This document shows positions 1 through 9,708 of a stretch of DNA of 64,000 bases, piece after piece. The DNA is from an uncultured Verrucomicrobiota bacterium. Its GTDB lineage: Bacteria; Verrucomicrobiota; Verrucomicrobiia; Limisphaerales; UBA9464. Position numbers and translations under genes: made by a program. Numbering within the stretch: the stretch's first letter is position 1; the number at the start of each line of letters is the position of its first letter. A model generated the notes under the pieces. That model was not told where the DNA came from. It ran no database searches and was given only the letters and a program-made list of their open reading frames with translations. The stretch is taken from NCBI GenBank assembly GCA_903907995.1, contig CAIVQH010000002.1:75286-139285 (forward strand), read 5' to 3'.

Positions 1-447
1 CTCGATGCGTTTCCCGCCGCGCCGGACCTGCTGGGTCAGACGGTCAATTTCCAGGTCGGCCACATGCAGCGAATGGCTGCGGTTGACGGCGGGCCGGCGC
101 AGCAGCGCCTTCACCCGGACCAGCAGCTCGGCGAAGGCGAAGGGCTTGGTGAGGTAGTCGTCGGCGCCCGCCTCGAAATTCTCCACCTTGTCCGCCGTCG
201 CATCGCGGGCCGTGAGCACCAGCACGGCACAGTTGCCGCCCTTGCGCCGCAGGCGCCGGAGCAGCTCTGTGCCGTTGAGGCCCGGCAGCATGAGGTCGAG
301 AATGATCAGGTCGTAATCGATGCCCGAGGCCATCTCCCAGCCGGTAAGGCCATCGGTGGCCACATCCACCGCGAAACGCTCCGCCCGCAGCCCGCAGGCC
401 ACGAAGTCGGCAACTTTCCGCTCATCTTCTATGAGTAATAGACGCAT
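1..447 (-). CDS. OmpR/PhoB-family response regulator (N-terminal 149 codons; C-terminus lies beyond the window start)
   Basis: Absent from the ORF track because it runs off the edge. Reverse complement from ATG at 447-445 reads MRLLLIEDERKVADFVACGL..YDLIILDLMLPGLNGTELLRRLR..LVLTARD..GADDYLTKPFAFAELLVRVKALLRR, then the winged-helix start LHVADLEIDRLTQQVRRGGKRIE. The + strand ORF 64..438 is its antisense shadow. Confidence 0.85.
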   Translation of the reverse strand, partial: MRLLLIEDERKVADFVACGLRAERFAVDVATDGLTGWEMASGIDYDLIILDLMLPGLNGTELLRRLRRKGGNCAVLVLTARDATADKVENFEAGADDYLTKPFAFAELLVRVKALLRRPAVNRSHSLHVADLEIDRLTQQVRRGGKRIE

Positions 448-632
448 TTGGATTTCGACCGTGTCCATACCGTACAGCCCCTTCGTTAAACGAGGCTGAA
501 CGTCTCATTAAAATCCGTTCAGATTCTTCCGTCGGGCCGGGGGGATATGGCAGAACACAAATTGTCCTATGGTGGAAATGACGCGTGGACCGGGGTTCCG
601 GTTAGCGCGCGGCCACACGGGGTGCAGTTTTT

Positions 633-1127
633 ATGAAGCCATTCCTCTTTCTGTTTGCCGCCTTCGGCCTGTCCGCAGGCTGCGCCACCTGCGACCAGCA
701 CCTGGTGCTGGAACCGGTCGGACCCTCTGCCGAGCCGGCCCCGGTCGCCGGGACCAACGGCTCGCTAATCGTCTATTCCGCCTTTGACGGCCACCTCACA
801 GCGGCCAGCGATGGCGAGCATCAGCGCTACTCCGACTTCCGGCTGCTGGCCGCCGGGGAGAACCAGGCCAAACGCATCCACAATGACTCGGGCACGGTGT
901 GGGAAGGTCCGGTGCCGATCGTCTTGCCACCGGGCCACTACCAAGTCTTGGCTCCGGCGAACGGCTATGGCACGGTAACGGTGCCAGTCGTGATCGCGCC
1001 CGGCTTGGTGACGACCATCCATCTCGAAGGCGGTAACCCCTGGCCCGACAAGTCATCCTTCACGGCGGCCAACGCGGTTCATTTGCCGGACGGGCGGATC
1101 GTGGGCCTGCGGGCTGCCGCCCAGTGA
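633..1127 (+). CDS. Putative lipoprotein, function unknown (possible PEGA-like beta-sandwich)
   Basis: ATG start. Signal peptide with lipobox-like LSAGC (MKPFLFLFAAFGLSAGC). C-terminal PPGHYQVLAPANGYGTVTVPVVIAPG resembles PEGA/carboxypeptidase-regulatory-type motifs. Confidence 0.55.
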   Translation: MKPFLFLFAAFGLSAGCATCDQHLVLEPVGPSAEPAPVAGTNGSLIVYSAFDGHLTAASDGEHQRYSDFRLLAAGENQAKRIHNDSGTVWEGPVPIVLPPGHYQVLAPANGYGTVTVPVVIAPGLVTTIHLEGGNPWPDKSSFTAANAVHLPDGRIVGLRAAAQ

Positions 1128-1174
1128 GCGGGAACCGGCCGCACGTCACTTGAAAGGGCGGCAGAGCCCTTGCC

Positions 1175-1822
1175 TCAGGGATTTTCGTTGGCGGCTGGGG
1201 AAGCGGCGAGCATTTCGGCCTGATGCCGCTGCCGCAGCAGGTCTTCCCAGGCGGCGTACCCGTTGCGCGCCTTGAACAGCTCGTCCGCCGTCGCCGGCCG
1301 TCGCGGGGGAGGGGATTTGGCCAGGCTTTCGTCGGACGCGGAAACTACGCTCCCTGCATTTCCGTCTCCGCCCGAACCTCCCGAGGCTTCGAGGGGCAGA
1401 GGCGACGCGGAACGTTCGCTGCCTGCCGCATTTCCGTCCGCCACGGCCGCAAGGGGCGACGTCTGTGGGAGCGGAGGTTGGGTGAGAAGGCGCTGACGCT
1501 GCACCCGAGAGAGCATGCCATCGTCTTGTCCCGTACCTGCCTGGCGAGCTGGCGAAACACCCGGGTTTCCGAACGTGATCCGGTTTGTCCCGTTGTGATC
1601 GGCCACCAACGCCCAGCGTTCCCTGAACTCGACCACCAGCAGCCGGACTCCGTCGCGATCTTCCCCAGAAGTCAGGGAAAAGTATCCGCTGGGCGTGCCG
1701 TCCGAGAAGAAGGCCCGGGTTTCGCCGCCAATCCGCGACATGCCGGTGAGCATGAGCGGAGCACCCCAGGCCGTGCCGATGGCAAGGTTCAGGAGGCAAA
1801 GGGCTTGGGCCAGGCGGAGCAC
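1175..1822 (-). CDS. Secreted hypothetical protein
   Basis: Long ORF with an N-terminal signal-like segment LCLLNLAIGTAWGAP. No recognisable domain. Competing overlapping ORFs look like high-GC frame shadows. Confidence 0.45.
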   Translation of the reverse strand: MLRLAQALCLLNLAIGTAWGAPLMLTGMSRIGGETRAFFSDGTPSGYFSLTSGEDRDGVRLLVVEFRERWALVADHNGTNRITFGNPGVSPARQAGTGQDDGMLSRVQRQRLLTQPPLPQTSPLAAVADGNAAGSERSASPLPLEASGGSGGDGNAGSVVSASDESLAKSPPPRRPATADELFKARNGYAAWEDLLRQRHQAEMLAASPAANENP

Positions 1823-2039
1823 ACCACGGAAGTAGTGCCCGGAGCCGGGCGGTTCAAGTTACGTGCCGGCAACAGAATGGGCTGGCCCAGCGATTTGAAG
1901 GCTTGGGCATGACCTTAACCTGCTGTGGTTACGGCCTGCCAACGTATGGCCGGAAACTGCTTTGTGGTGGCGGCAAAGCGCAAGTGGGGTCGTCTCGGAC
2001 TCCGTAACCTGACGCGGTCCTGAAACACGTGCACACATC

Positions 2040-3005
2040 ATGAAGTATCGTCTGTCCATCGCCCTGATTGCCGCCGCAGCCGCCGTTTCCCGGCTGGCCG
2101 CCGCCTCGTTCGGATTCCAAGCCACCAACGTGCCGCCGGATCTGCTGATCGGTTTCCGGCAGACGGGCGGCGTTTCGGAACTGGTCGCGGACCTCGGCCC
2201 GGTGTCGCGGTTCTATAACGCGATTCCCGGCACCAATTTTGCCATCGTCGAGTTCACGGCGGCGCAGTTGGGCGATGCCTTCTCGGGTTTGGATTCGGTG
2301 GGGTTCGTGGCCTGCGCCTCGATGCGGGTGGACCTTGATCCGGTGCGCCCGCTGCAGACGGTCTGGGCCACGCGCAAGCGCAGCGATCCGGCCACTCAAA
2401 GCCTGCCCTGGAACCGCCAGTCCTCCGGCCTGCTCGCCAACTCGGCGACCAAGATTTCCAGCATCGGCAGCGGTACCGCGAGCTTCAGCGGCAGCAACCC
2501 GCCGGGACAGGACAACACCGCCACCGCCGTCGTGCTGCCGGCCAGCTATGCCAACGGCTACAGCGCCTATCTTGGGAACGGCAACTTCAAGAGCACCTTC
2601 CAGGGCAATGCGGAAAATTTGACCCCGTCGGGCTTTACCGAGGGCGGCGGCATCATCCGGTCCGACCTGTATGAGATCCGTCCGGGCAGCGGGGCCAGCA
2701 CGTATCTCGGTTACTTCGAGTTCACCGCCACTGGCACGCTCAGCTTCACGGCGGCCGGCGGCTCCGCCCCGGCTCCGGCTCCGACGATCACCACCATCAC
2801 CCGCGCGGGTGATACCACGACGGTTTCGTTCACCACGGTGGCCGGTGCGCAATACCAGTTGCTCAGCCCGGGAGCGACGCTCACCGGTTCGACCGGCTCC
2901 TGGGCACCCAAGGGTGCCCCGGTGACCGGGACGGGCAGCGTGCTTTCGCTGACGGATACCACCTCCGACGCGGCGGCCTTCTACGCGGTGCAGGCCAAAC
3001 CTTAA
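2040..3005 (+). CDS. Secreted protein of an unnamed family (paralog of 11978..12787) with a C-terminal Ig-like module
   Basis: Signal peptide MKYRLSIALIAAAAAVSRLAAA. Shares WxTRxR..TQSxPWxRQSxGLL and STFQGNAE..RSDxYEIxPGSGxSTYLGYFxF blocks with the PEP-CTERM protein at 11978. The tail ends ..YQLLSPGATL..AAAFYAVQAKP. Confidence 0.75.
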   Translation: MKYRLSIALIAAAAAVSRLAAASFGFQATNVPPDLLIGFRQTGGVSELVADLGPVSRFYNAIPGTNFAIVEFTAAQLGDAFSGLDSVGFVACASMRVDLDPVRPLQTVWATRKRSDPATQSLPWNRQSSGLLANSATKISSIGSGTASFSGSNPPGQDNTATAVVLPASYANGYSAYLGNGNFKSTFQGNAENLTPSGFTEGGGIIRSDLYEIRPGSGASTYLGYFEFTATGTLSFTAAGGSAPAPAPTITTITRAGDTTTVSFTTVAGAQYQLLSPGATLTGSTGSWAPKGAPVTGTGSVLSLTDTTSDAAAFYAVQAKP

Positions 3006-3026
3006 GTTTCGCCTTTTTTCAAAAAC

Positions 3027-3066
3027 ACACGCCGAACGGGATGACCGTCCGGCGTGTTTCTTTTTG
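3027..3066. terminator. Probable bidirectional intrinsic terminator between convergent genes
   Basis: Stem acacgccgaacgg (3027-3039) pairs with ccgtccggcgtgt (3045-3057), 1 mismatch. It is followed by ttctttttg on + and preceded by ttttttcaaaaa (a T run for the - strand). Confidence 0.55.
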
Positions 3067-3086
3067 GGACTACCGAAAGAAGGGAG

Positions 3087-3542
3087 TCAGGCACGGCTCG
3101 CGAGCGCCTCGCGATAGCCGGCGGCGTAGGCCTCAAACACCAGCCGGATCTGGTCGCGCACGGAGCGGAAGACCGCCATGATTTCCTCATCCGTGCCCGT
3201 GGCGTGTGCAGGATCCACGAAACCCCAGTGATGCCGGTTCACCTGTCCGGGAAAGAGCGGGCATGCCTGGTCCGCGTTGCCACAGACGGTGATGACCGTG
3301 TGGATGTCCCGGGTCAGGAACTCGTTCATGTGCTTCGACGTGTGCTGGGAGATGTCCATCCCAATCTCCGCCAGCGCGGCGATGGCCTTGGGATGGACGT
3401 AGCCGGCGGGTTTGGATCCCGCGCTGAAGACCTCGAAGAGATCGCCGGCAGCGTGGCGCAGAATTCCCTCGGCCATGTGGCTGCGACAGGAATTGCCGGT
3501 GCAGAGGATGAGCACCGCGGGTTTGGCGGGTTGAGAATTCAT
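3087..3542 (-). CDS. arsC: Arsenate reductase, LMW-PTPase type
   Basis: CTGNSCRS P-loop ([17 protein letters not shown]) and downstream Cys residues ([13 protein letters not shown]). Last gene of the ars operon, with an ATGA overlap to the upstream gene. Confidence 0.9.
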   Translation of the reverse strand: MNSQPAKPAVLILCTGNSCRSHMAEGILRHAAGDLFEVFSAGSKPAGYVHPKAIAALAEIGMDISQHTSKHMNEFLTRDIHTVITVCGNADQACPLFPGQVNRHHWGFVDPAHATGTDEEIMAVFRSVRDQIRLVFEAYAAGYREALASRA

Positions 3543-4009
3543 GGTTTGCGGACGAACGATTTGAAGCTGATGGCCTGCGGAGCGGTCAGCGGAGGCAGGC
3601 AGCGAGCTTTCGCCAGACAGTCCGTATGCCGGGTGGTCAGGTGCAGGAGAAGTTCCTCGGGCGACGCCTCGACCGTAGCCAGGGGAAACTGCGTGATGAA
3701 CTGCAACTCGTGCTCCACATCGACGTCCAGAGCGTCACCCGTGAGCACCCCGGATCTGGACGCCTTTTCGAGCACACCCAGCAGCTTGCCCGCAGTGAGC
3801 CGATGCTCCACGTCATCCGCCACCCATAATTGCAAGCGGCAGAGCGTATCCGCGCGCAACGTGCCCCCGCAGTCGATAAACCGCTTCTCGATGTGTGCCA
3901 CTTCGGTCACGTGGGCATGGGCGGCAACCTTGGTCCCGTCGGGCAGCACGAAACGAAGGGGGCGTTCCGGGTGCTGTGCGAGGTGGGCTTTGAAATCGCT
4001 GAGCTTCAT
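3539..4009 (-). CDS. DUF6428-like protein of ars operons
   Basis: Track ORF 3539..4459 is over-extended. ATG at 4009 gives [58 protein letters not shown]. Its position between the aquaporin and arsC is typical for this family (from memory). Confidence 0.7.
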   Translation of the reverse strand: MKLSDFKAHLAQHPERPLRFVLPDGTKVAAHAHVTEVAHIEKRFIDCGGTLRADTLCRLQLWVADDVEHRLTAGKLLGVLEKASRSGVLTGDALDVDVEHELQFITQFPLATVEASPEELLLHLTTRHTDCLAKARCLPPLTAPQAISFKSFVRKP

Positions 4010-4029
4010 CGGGATCACTTTTTGGAAGT

Positions 4030-4683
4030 TTAGGAGCAGGAAGCGGGTCCGCGTACAGACCGGCAGACGGGCACCGCCAGCAGTGCGCCTAGCAACGGGG
4101 CGACCAGATACACCCACAGATGCCCTACATGGCCGCTGACCAGCGCCGGAGCCAGCGAACGCGCCGGATTCATCGATGCGCCGCAGATCGGTCCGGCAAA
4201 CATCGCCTCCAAAGCAATGATCGCCCCAATGGCGATGCCCGCCGTGATGCCCTTTTCCTTCGCGCCAGTGGAGACGCTGAGAATGGTCAGCATCAGCAGA
4301 AAGGTGAGCACCGTTTCGAGGATGAAGCTCTGCGCGTCCGATCCGGTCGGCAGAGTGGCGCCGAGGGTCACATTCAAGGGAAAGAGAACTCTTAGCAGGC
4401 CCGTGGCGGCGAAGGCTCCGAGCAGTTGTGCGCCGACATAGCCCGGAACGTCGCGCCACGGAAAGCGTCCAGCGGCCGCGAAGGCCGTGGTCACCGCCGG
4501 ATTCAGGTGCGCCCCGCTGACATCACCGAAGGTGTGGATCATCGCCAGTACGATCAGCCCGAAGGTCAGCGCAATGCCGACATGGGTGATCGCGCCCCCG
4601 GAAACCTGATTGATGACGATTGCGCCGCAGCCTGCGAACACGAGGGCAAAGGTGCCGATAAACTCGGCCAAATGAGGTCTCAT
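4030..4683 (-). CDS. MIP-family aquaporin/aquaglyceroporin (likely arsenite channel, AqpS-like)
   Basis: Two NPA boxes (SGAHLNPAVT, GASMNPARS) and six hydrophobic segments. ATG at 4683 overlaps the arsR stop (ATGA). Confidence 0.9.
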   Translation of the reverse strand: MRPHLAEFIGTFALVFAGCGAIVINQVSGGAITHVGIALTFGLIVLAMIHTFGDVSGAHLNPAVTTAFAAAGRFPWRDVPGYVGAQLLGAFAATGLLRVLFPLNVTLGATLPTGSDAQSFILETVLTFLLMLTILSVSTGAKEKGITAGIAIGAIIALEAMFAGPICGASMNPARSLAPALVSGHVGHLWVYLVAPLLGALLAVPVCRSVRGPASCS

Positions 4684-5072
4684 TGGGTGGTTCCCTTCCT
4701 GGCCGGCGTTCCACAGGCAAAGCCGACGCAACAGGCTCCCTCTTCGCGGAGGGCCAACCGTTCTTTCAGGCGGCGGGCATCCGCTGCCAGCTTGCGGTCA
4801 GAGTCCAGGGACGCGGCGAAGAACCCGAACAGTGAATCCAGCAGCCGTTTTGCCTGCGGCGCGATTGCGTAATAGTTCCACTTTCCGAGTTTCCGGGTGG
4901 TCACCAACTCCGCTTTACGGATGACCTGGAGATGCGTGGAAAGGGTGGATTGGGTGAGCCTGAGCGCATTGCACAGCTCGCAGACACAAAGCTCGCCGTC
5001 CCTCAGCATCGCCAGAATCCGCACCCGGTTCGGGTCGGACAAAGCTTTGGCGGCGGAAACAAGGGGTGTCAT
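4680..5072 (-). CDS. arsR: ArsR/SmtB-family metalloregulator
   Basis: LSDPNRVRILAMLRDGELCVCELCNALRLTQSTLSTHLQVIRKAELV: a winged HTH carrying the ELCVCE arsenite-binding Cys motif. First gene of the ars operon. Confidence 0.85.
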   Translation of the reverse strand: MTPLVSAAKALSDPNRVRILAMLRDGELCVCELCNALRLTQSTLSTHLQVIRKAELVTTRKLGKWNYYAIAPQAKRLLDSLFGFFAASLDSDRKLAADARRLKERLALREEGACCVGFACGTPARKGTTQ

Positions 5073-5165
5073 CTCGGATTACGTATCGTTGTTTACCGAT
5101 ATGTAATCCAGGGCCCGGCCCATGGCAAGTGTCTTGGAATACAACCATGAACCGGAATACCGTCC

Positions 5166-6545
5166 ATGGGTCCGGCCGGACCGGATGAAATGAAAGCACT
5201 CCTGAACCATCGGGCCCATCTGGGCAGCCTGCGACGGCTCGGCCTCTGGCTGCTGCTGGTGACGCCTGTGGCGGTGCTCGCGGGATCGGCGAGCGCCCTC
5301 TTTCTATGGTCGCTGGAGCGGGCGACCGCGCTGCGTTTTGAATATCCCTGGCTGCTGTTTTTCCTCCCCCTGGCCGGAGTCGGGATCGTCTGGCTGTACC
5401 GGACCTTCGGCGGAAATTCCGAACGGGGCACCAACCTACTGCTGGATGAGATCCACGAACCAGGCGGCGGAGTGCCGGTCCGGATGGCGCCGCTGGTCCT
5501 GGTGACCACGCTGCTTACGCATCTGTTTGGCGGATCGGCTGGCCGCGAGGGCACGGCGATCCAAATGGGAGGCGGCCTGGCGGGCGGATTCATCGGGTGG
5601 TTTCGCATCGCGGAGCAGCATCGCCGGATGCTGCTGATGGCCGGGGTGGCGGCGGGGTTTGGATCGGTCTTCGGCACACCGCTGGCCGGGGCCGTGTTTG
5701 CGATGGAGGTGCTGGCCATCGGCCGCGTGCGCTACGAGTCGCTCGTGCCGTGCCTGCTGGCCGGGCTCATCGGCGACCTGACCTGCTCCGCCTGGGGCAT
5801 CCACCACACGATCTACCATATCAGCGTCGCGGTGCCGTCCGCCCGCTTTGGGTTTGGACACCTCGATCTGCTGCTGCTCGCCAAGGCGCTGCTGGCCGGG
5901 GTGGCGTTTGGTCTCGCCTCGCTGCTGTTTTCCGACCTGGTGCATGCCCTGCAAAGGCAGTTCAAGAAGCGCATCCGTCTGCCCTGGCTCCGGCCGGTCC
6001 TTGGCGGTGTAGTGGTGATCGCGTTCACGTACGCTCTGGGCACGCGCTCGTATCTGGGGCTGGGTGTCAGCAGCCCCAATCCCGCCGACGTGAGCATTCT
6101 GAGCTGCTTCCACAGCGACGGCGCGACGGGCTGGAGCTGGCTGTGGAAGCTGCTGTTCACAGCAATCACCCTGAGTTCCGGCTTCAAGGGCGGCGAAGTG
6201 ACGCCGCTGTTTTTCATCGGCGCAGCGCTGGGCAACACGCTGAGCTGGCTGCTCAACGCGCCGACAGACCTGTTCGCCGGGCTTGGCTTCGTCGCCGTGT
6301 TTGCGGGTGCGAGCAACACGCCGCTCGCCTGCACCATCATGGGCATCGAGCTGTTCGGCGCGGAGCATGCGCCCTACCTCGCGGCGGCGTGCTTCGTCGC
6401 GTACCTGTTCAGCGGGCATTCCGGCATCTACGGCTCGCAGCGGGTGGCGATCCCGAAGGTGCTGGAGCACGAAACCCCGGCCGACATCACCCTCGCGGAA
6501 CTGCGCCAGAGGGATGATGCGGCCGGAGATTCCAAGCAGCCTTAA
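5166..6545 (+). CDS. CLC-family anion channel/antiporter with fluoride-type (CLC-F) signatures
   Basis: GSAGREGT (gating Glu), GTPLAGAVFAMEV and GGEVTPLFFIG. GGNSERGTN replaces the canonical GSGIP. An alternative ATG lies at 5190 (MKALLNH..). Confidence 0.8.
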   Translation: MGPAGPDEMKALLNHRAHLGSLRRLGLWLLLVTPVAVLAGSASALFLWSLERATALRFEYPWLLFFLPLAGVGIVWLYRTFGGNSERGTNLLLDEIHEPGGGVPVRMAPLVLVTTLLTHLFGGSAGREGTAIQMGGGLAGGFIGWFRIAEQHRRMLLMAGVAAGFGSVFGTPLAGAVFAMEVLAIGRVRYESLVPCLLAGLIGDLTCSAWGIHHTIYHISVAVPSARFGFGHLDLLLLAKALLAGVAFGLASLLFSDLVHALQRQFKKRIRLPWLRPVLGGVVVIAFTYALGTRSYLGLGVSSPNPADVSILSCFHSDGATGWSWLWKLLFTAITLSSGFKGGEVTPLFFIGAALGNTLSWLLNAPTDLFAGLGFVAVFAGASNTPLACTIMGIELFGAEHAPYLAAACFVAYLFSGHSGIYGSQRVAIPKVLEHETPADITLAELRQRDDAAGDSKQP

Positions 6546-6561
6546 GCCGGTTGCCCGGAGG

Positions 6562-9500
6562 TCAGCTTTCGGTTGGCGGACGCACGGACGCGCGTTCCAC
6601 CCAGGCGTACAGTACCGGCAGCAGCACCAGCGTGAGGAAAGTGGAGCTGAGGATGCCCCCAATGACGACCGTGGCCAGCGGGCGTTGCACTTCCGCACCC
6701 GCACCCGTCGCGAGCGCCATCGGCACGAATCCCAATGAGGCGACGGCAGCGGTCATGAGCACCGGCCGCAAACGCGTGAGCGAGCCCTCCGTCACGGCCT
6801 CGAGGAGTGATTTGCCCTCCTCGCGGAGCTGGTTGAAGCAGCTCACCAGCACGACGCCGTTGAGCACGGCCACGCCCGTCAGCGCGATGAAGCCGACCGC
6901 CGCCGTGATGCTGAAGGGCATGCCGCGCAACCAAAGCGCCGCCACGCCGCCGGTGACCGCGAGCGGGATGCCGGAATAGACCAGCAACGCCTGCCGTAGC
7001 GAACCGAACGCGAGGAAGATCAGCACCAAGATCAGCACCAGGGCGGTCGGCACGACCACCGAGAGCCGCGCGCGGGCCGCCTGCAAGTTCTGGAACTGGC
7101 CGCCGAATTCCACGAAGTAGCCCTCCGGCAGCTTCACGTGCTCCCGGATGGTCTGCTCCGCGGTGCGGACGTAGCCCTCGATGTCGTGGGTCTTGAGGTT
7201 CACCATGAGGGCGGCCCGGCGGTGACCGTCATCACGCAGGATCGGCTCCACGGTCTTCAAGGTCGTGAAGGTGACCGCCTTTCCCAGCGGCAACAGGCCA
7301 TGCTCCCCGATCCGCAGGGGAAGCTTTTGGATCTGGTCATCCTCGCCGCGCAACTGCTCCGGCAGGCGGACCACGACATCGTGGCGATGGTTGCCCTCGG
7401 CCATGCTGCCGACGACTTCACCCGCCAGCGCCGCGTGCACGGCCCGGTTCACTTCACCCACCTGCAGGCCGTAGCGCTGAAGCACCTCGCGCTTGACGTT
7501 CAGCTGCAGCTGCGGCGTGCGTCCGTCGGTCTCGTATTCCACCTCCGCCGCCCCCGGTGTCTGCTCCAGGATGCCCTTGATCTGTTCGGCGAGCTTTTCC
7601 AGGACGTCATAGTCGTTGCCGAAAATCTTCACCGACAGCTCCGCCTTGGTGCCCTCCAGCATCTCATTGAACCGCATCTCGATAGGCTGCGCGAAGAGCA
7701 TGCTGTAGTCGGGGTTGAGCTTTTTGAGCGTGGCCCCGATCTGCTCGCGCAACTCCGCCTTGGTGGTCGGGCGGCCCGGCGTCTTCGGCCATTTGGCGAG
7801 GGGCCGGTAAAAGATGTAAACGTCGCTTTCGTTCGGCGGCATCGGGTCGGAGGCAATCTCGCTGGTGCCGATGCGGGAGAAGATGCGACCCAACTCGGGA
7901 AACTCCCGGAGGAGCCGCTTCTCCAGCTCCATGTCGTTGCGCAGGGATTCCTCCAGGCTCATGCCGACGGGCTTGTAGAGCATCGAGGTGATGGAACCCT
8001 CGTCGAGCTTGGGCACAAATTCGGCGCCGAGCCGGCCGAACAGCCAGACGGAGCCCGCGAAGAGCAGGACGGCGGCGGTCACGACCACCCAACGCAGGCG
8101 CAGGGCCGCCCGAAGCGACGGTTCATAGATCCGCTTGGCGAACTGGAGCAGCGCGTTGTCACCCTCGCGAATGTTCCCGCGCAGCAGCAGGGAACAGAGC
8201 ACGGGCATGAGCGTGACCGTGAGCAGCAGCGCCCCACCGAGGGCCAGCATCACGGTCAGCGCCATCGGGTGGAACATCTTCCCCTCGATGCCGGTCAGCG
8301 CCAGGATGGGCAGGTAAACCACGGTGATGATGACCACGCCGAAGAACATCGGCGAGCCCACCTGCCGGCTGGCGGCGAGCACCGTTTTCGTCCGTTCTGC
8401 CGCTGTCAGCGTCCGGCCCAGGTGATGCTGTTTCAGGCCGAGCTGGCGGACGATGTTCTCCACGATGACGACCGCACCATCGATGATGAGACCGAAGTCC
8501 ACGGCGCCCAGGCTCATCAGGTTGCCGGAGATGCCGAACTGCCGCATGCCAGTGAGCGCGAAGAGGAACGAGAGCGGAATGGCGGCGGCCACGATGAGCG
8601 CGGCCCGCCAGTTGCCGAGCAGCAACAGCAGCACCACGACCACCAGCAATGCGCCTTCGAACAGGTTCTTTTCCACGGTGCCGATGGTCCGGCCGATCAG
8701 GATTGAGCGGTCATATTGGGCGCGCAGTTCCACGCCGGCCGGGAGTTTGGACTGGATTTCCGCGAGCCGCGCCTGCACGCGTCCGGCGACCTCGCGGCTG
8801 TTCTCCCCCGCGAGCATCATGGTCGTGCCAATGACGGCCTCATGGCCGTCGAGGGTGGCCGCGCCGGTACGGAACTTCGTCCCCAGCTTCACCTCGGCCA
8901 CATCGGAGACCAGCAGCGGCCGGACGCCCGCGCCGAATTTCAGCGGCAGGGCGGCAATATCCGCGACGGACTGCACGCGGCCGACGGCGCGGATGGTGAG
9001 CTGTTCACCGCCCCGGCTGATGATCCCGCCGCCGCTGTTCTGCATGTTCTGCGCCACCAGGTCGGCCAGTTCGCTAAAGGTCAGGCCGGCTTCCGCCAGC
9101 GTCTCCGGCCGGGGCTGGATGACGAACTGCTTTTCGTAACCGCCGCTCTCGTTGATCTCGGCTATGCCGGGCACCGTGCGCAGGAACGGCTTGATGACGT
9201 ATTTCTGGAGCTCGCTCAGCTCCATGAGCTGTTCCAGCTCGGTGGCGGGCTTGTTCGTGGCGTCGGCCCGGTAGGAGACACTGTAGTAGAAAATCTCCCC
9301 CAACCCCGTGGAGATGGGGGAGAGCCGGGGCGAGGCTCCGGCGGGCAACCGCTCCTGCATCCCCTGTAACCGCTCCGCCACCAGCTGCCGTGCGCGATAG
9401 ATGTCGGTGCCGTCCGCAAACTGCAGGGTCACCTGCGACAGGCCGAACTTGGTGATCGAGCGCATTTCCGTCACGCCGGGCAGACCGGCGAGTTCGAGTT

Positions 9501-9708
9501 CCAGCGGCTGGGTGACGAGCTTCTCCGATTCCTCGGCGGCGAGCGCCGGGACCTCGGTGTTCACCTGCACCTGCACGCCGGTGATGTCGGGCACCGCGTC
9601 AATGGGCAGGTGCAGCGCCGACCAGAGCCCCAGGCCCAGCAGCGCGAACGCGCCCAGCAGCACCACGCCGCGCTGGCACAATGAAAATTCCAGGATGCGG
9701 TCAATCAT
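6562..9708 (-). CDS. czcA: Heavy-metal efflux RND inner-membrane pump, CzcA type
   Basis: Track ORF is over-extended to 10260. ATG at 9708 gives MIDRILEFSLCQRGVVLLGAFALLGLGLWSALHLPIDAVPDITGVQVQVNT, a CzcA-like N-terminus. 1048 aa with 12-TM RND architecture. The start overlaps the czcC stop (ATGA). Confidence 0.9.
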   Translation of the reverse strand: MIDRILEFSLCQRGVVLLGAFALLGLGLWSALHLPIDAVPDITGVQVQVNTEVPALAAEESEKLVTQPLELELAGLPGVTEMRSITKFGLSQVTLQFADGTDIYRARQLVAERLQGMQERLPAGASPRLSPISTGLGEIFYYSVSYRADATNKPATELEQLMELSELQKYVIKPFLRTVPGIAEINESGGYEKQFVIQPRPETLAEAGLTFSELADLVAQNMQNSGGGIISRGGEQLTIRAVGRVQSVADIAALPLKFGAGVRPLLVSDVAEVKLGTKFRTGAATLDGHEAVIGTTMMLAGENSREVAGRVQARLAEIQSKLPAGVELRAQYDRSILIGRTIGTVEKNLFEGALLVVVVLLLLLGNWRAALIVAAAIPLSFLFALTGMRQFGISGNLMSLGAVDFGLIIDGAVVIVENIVRQLGLKQHHLGRTLTAAERTKTVLAASRQVGSPMFFGVVIITVVYLPILALTGIEGKMFHPMALTVMLALGGALLLTVTLMPVLCSLLLRGNIREGDNALLQFAKRIYEPSLRAALRLRWVVVTAAVLLFAGSVWLFGRLGAEFVPKLDEGSITSMLYKPVGMSLEESLRNDMELEKRLLREFPELGRIFSRIGTSEIASDPMPPNESDVYIFYRPLAKWPKTPGRPTTKAELREQIGATLKKLNPDYSMLFAQPIEMRFNEMLEGTKAELSVKIFGNDYDVLEKLAEQIKGILEQTPGAAEVEYETDGRTPQLQLNVKREVLQRYGLQVGEVNRAVHAALAGEVVGSMAEGNHRHDVVVRLPEQLRGEDDQIQKLPLRIGEHGLLPLGKAVTFTTLKTVEPILRDDGHRRAALMVNLKTHDIEGYVRTAEQTIREHVKLPEGYFVEFGGQFQNLQAARARLSVVVPTALVLILVLIFLAFGSLRQALLVYSGIPLAVTGGVAALWLRGMPFSITAAVGFIALTGVAVLNGVVLVSCFNQLREEGKSLLEAVTEGSLTRLRPVLMTAAVASLGFVPMALATGAGAEVQRPLATVVIGGILSSTFLTLVLLPVLYAWVERASVRPPTES

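Noticed and set aside
64-438. ORF 64..438 (+), 124 aa
   Set aside because: It is the antisense shadow of a clear OmpR-type receiver domain encoded on the minus strand (MRLLLIEDE.. from 447). Its own sequence is Arg/Gly/Ala-rich with no motifs.
3539-4459. 306-aa minus-strand ORF spanning the DUF6428 gene and part of the aquaporin gene
   Set aside because: The upstream 150 codons overlap the aquaporin gene in another frame. The DUF6428-like sequence begins at ATG 4009.
5101-5190. Candidate fluoride (crcB-motif) riboswitch upstream of the CLC gene
   Set aside because: I could not locate the conserved P1/pseudoknot/GAUG..CUAC features by eye. Only CCATGG-type palindromes are present. This needs an Infernal scan to settle.
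7138-8706. 522-aa + strand ORF, and several others, inside czcA
   Set aside because: It lies opposite a well-supported RND pump gene. The composition (runs of H, R, G, D, Q) is typical of antisense frames in high-GC DNA.
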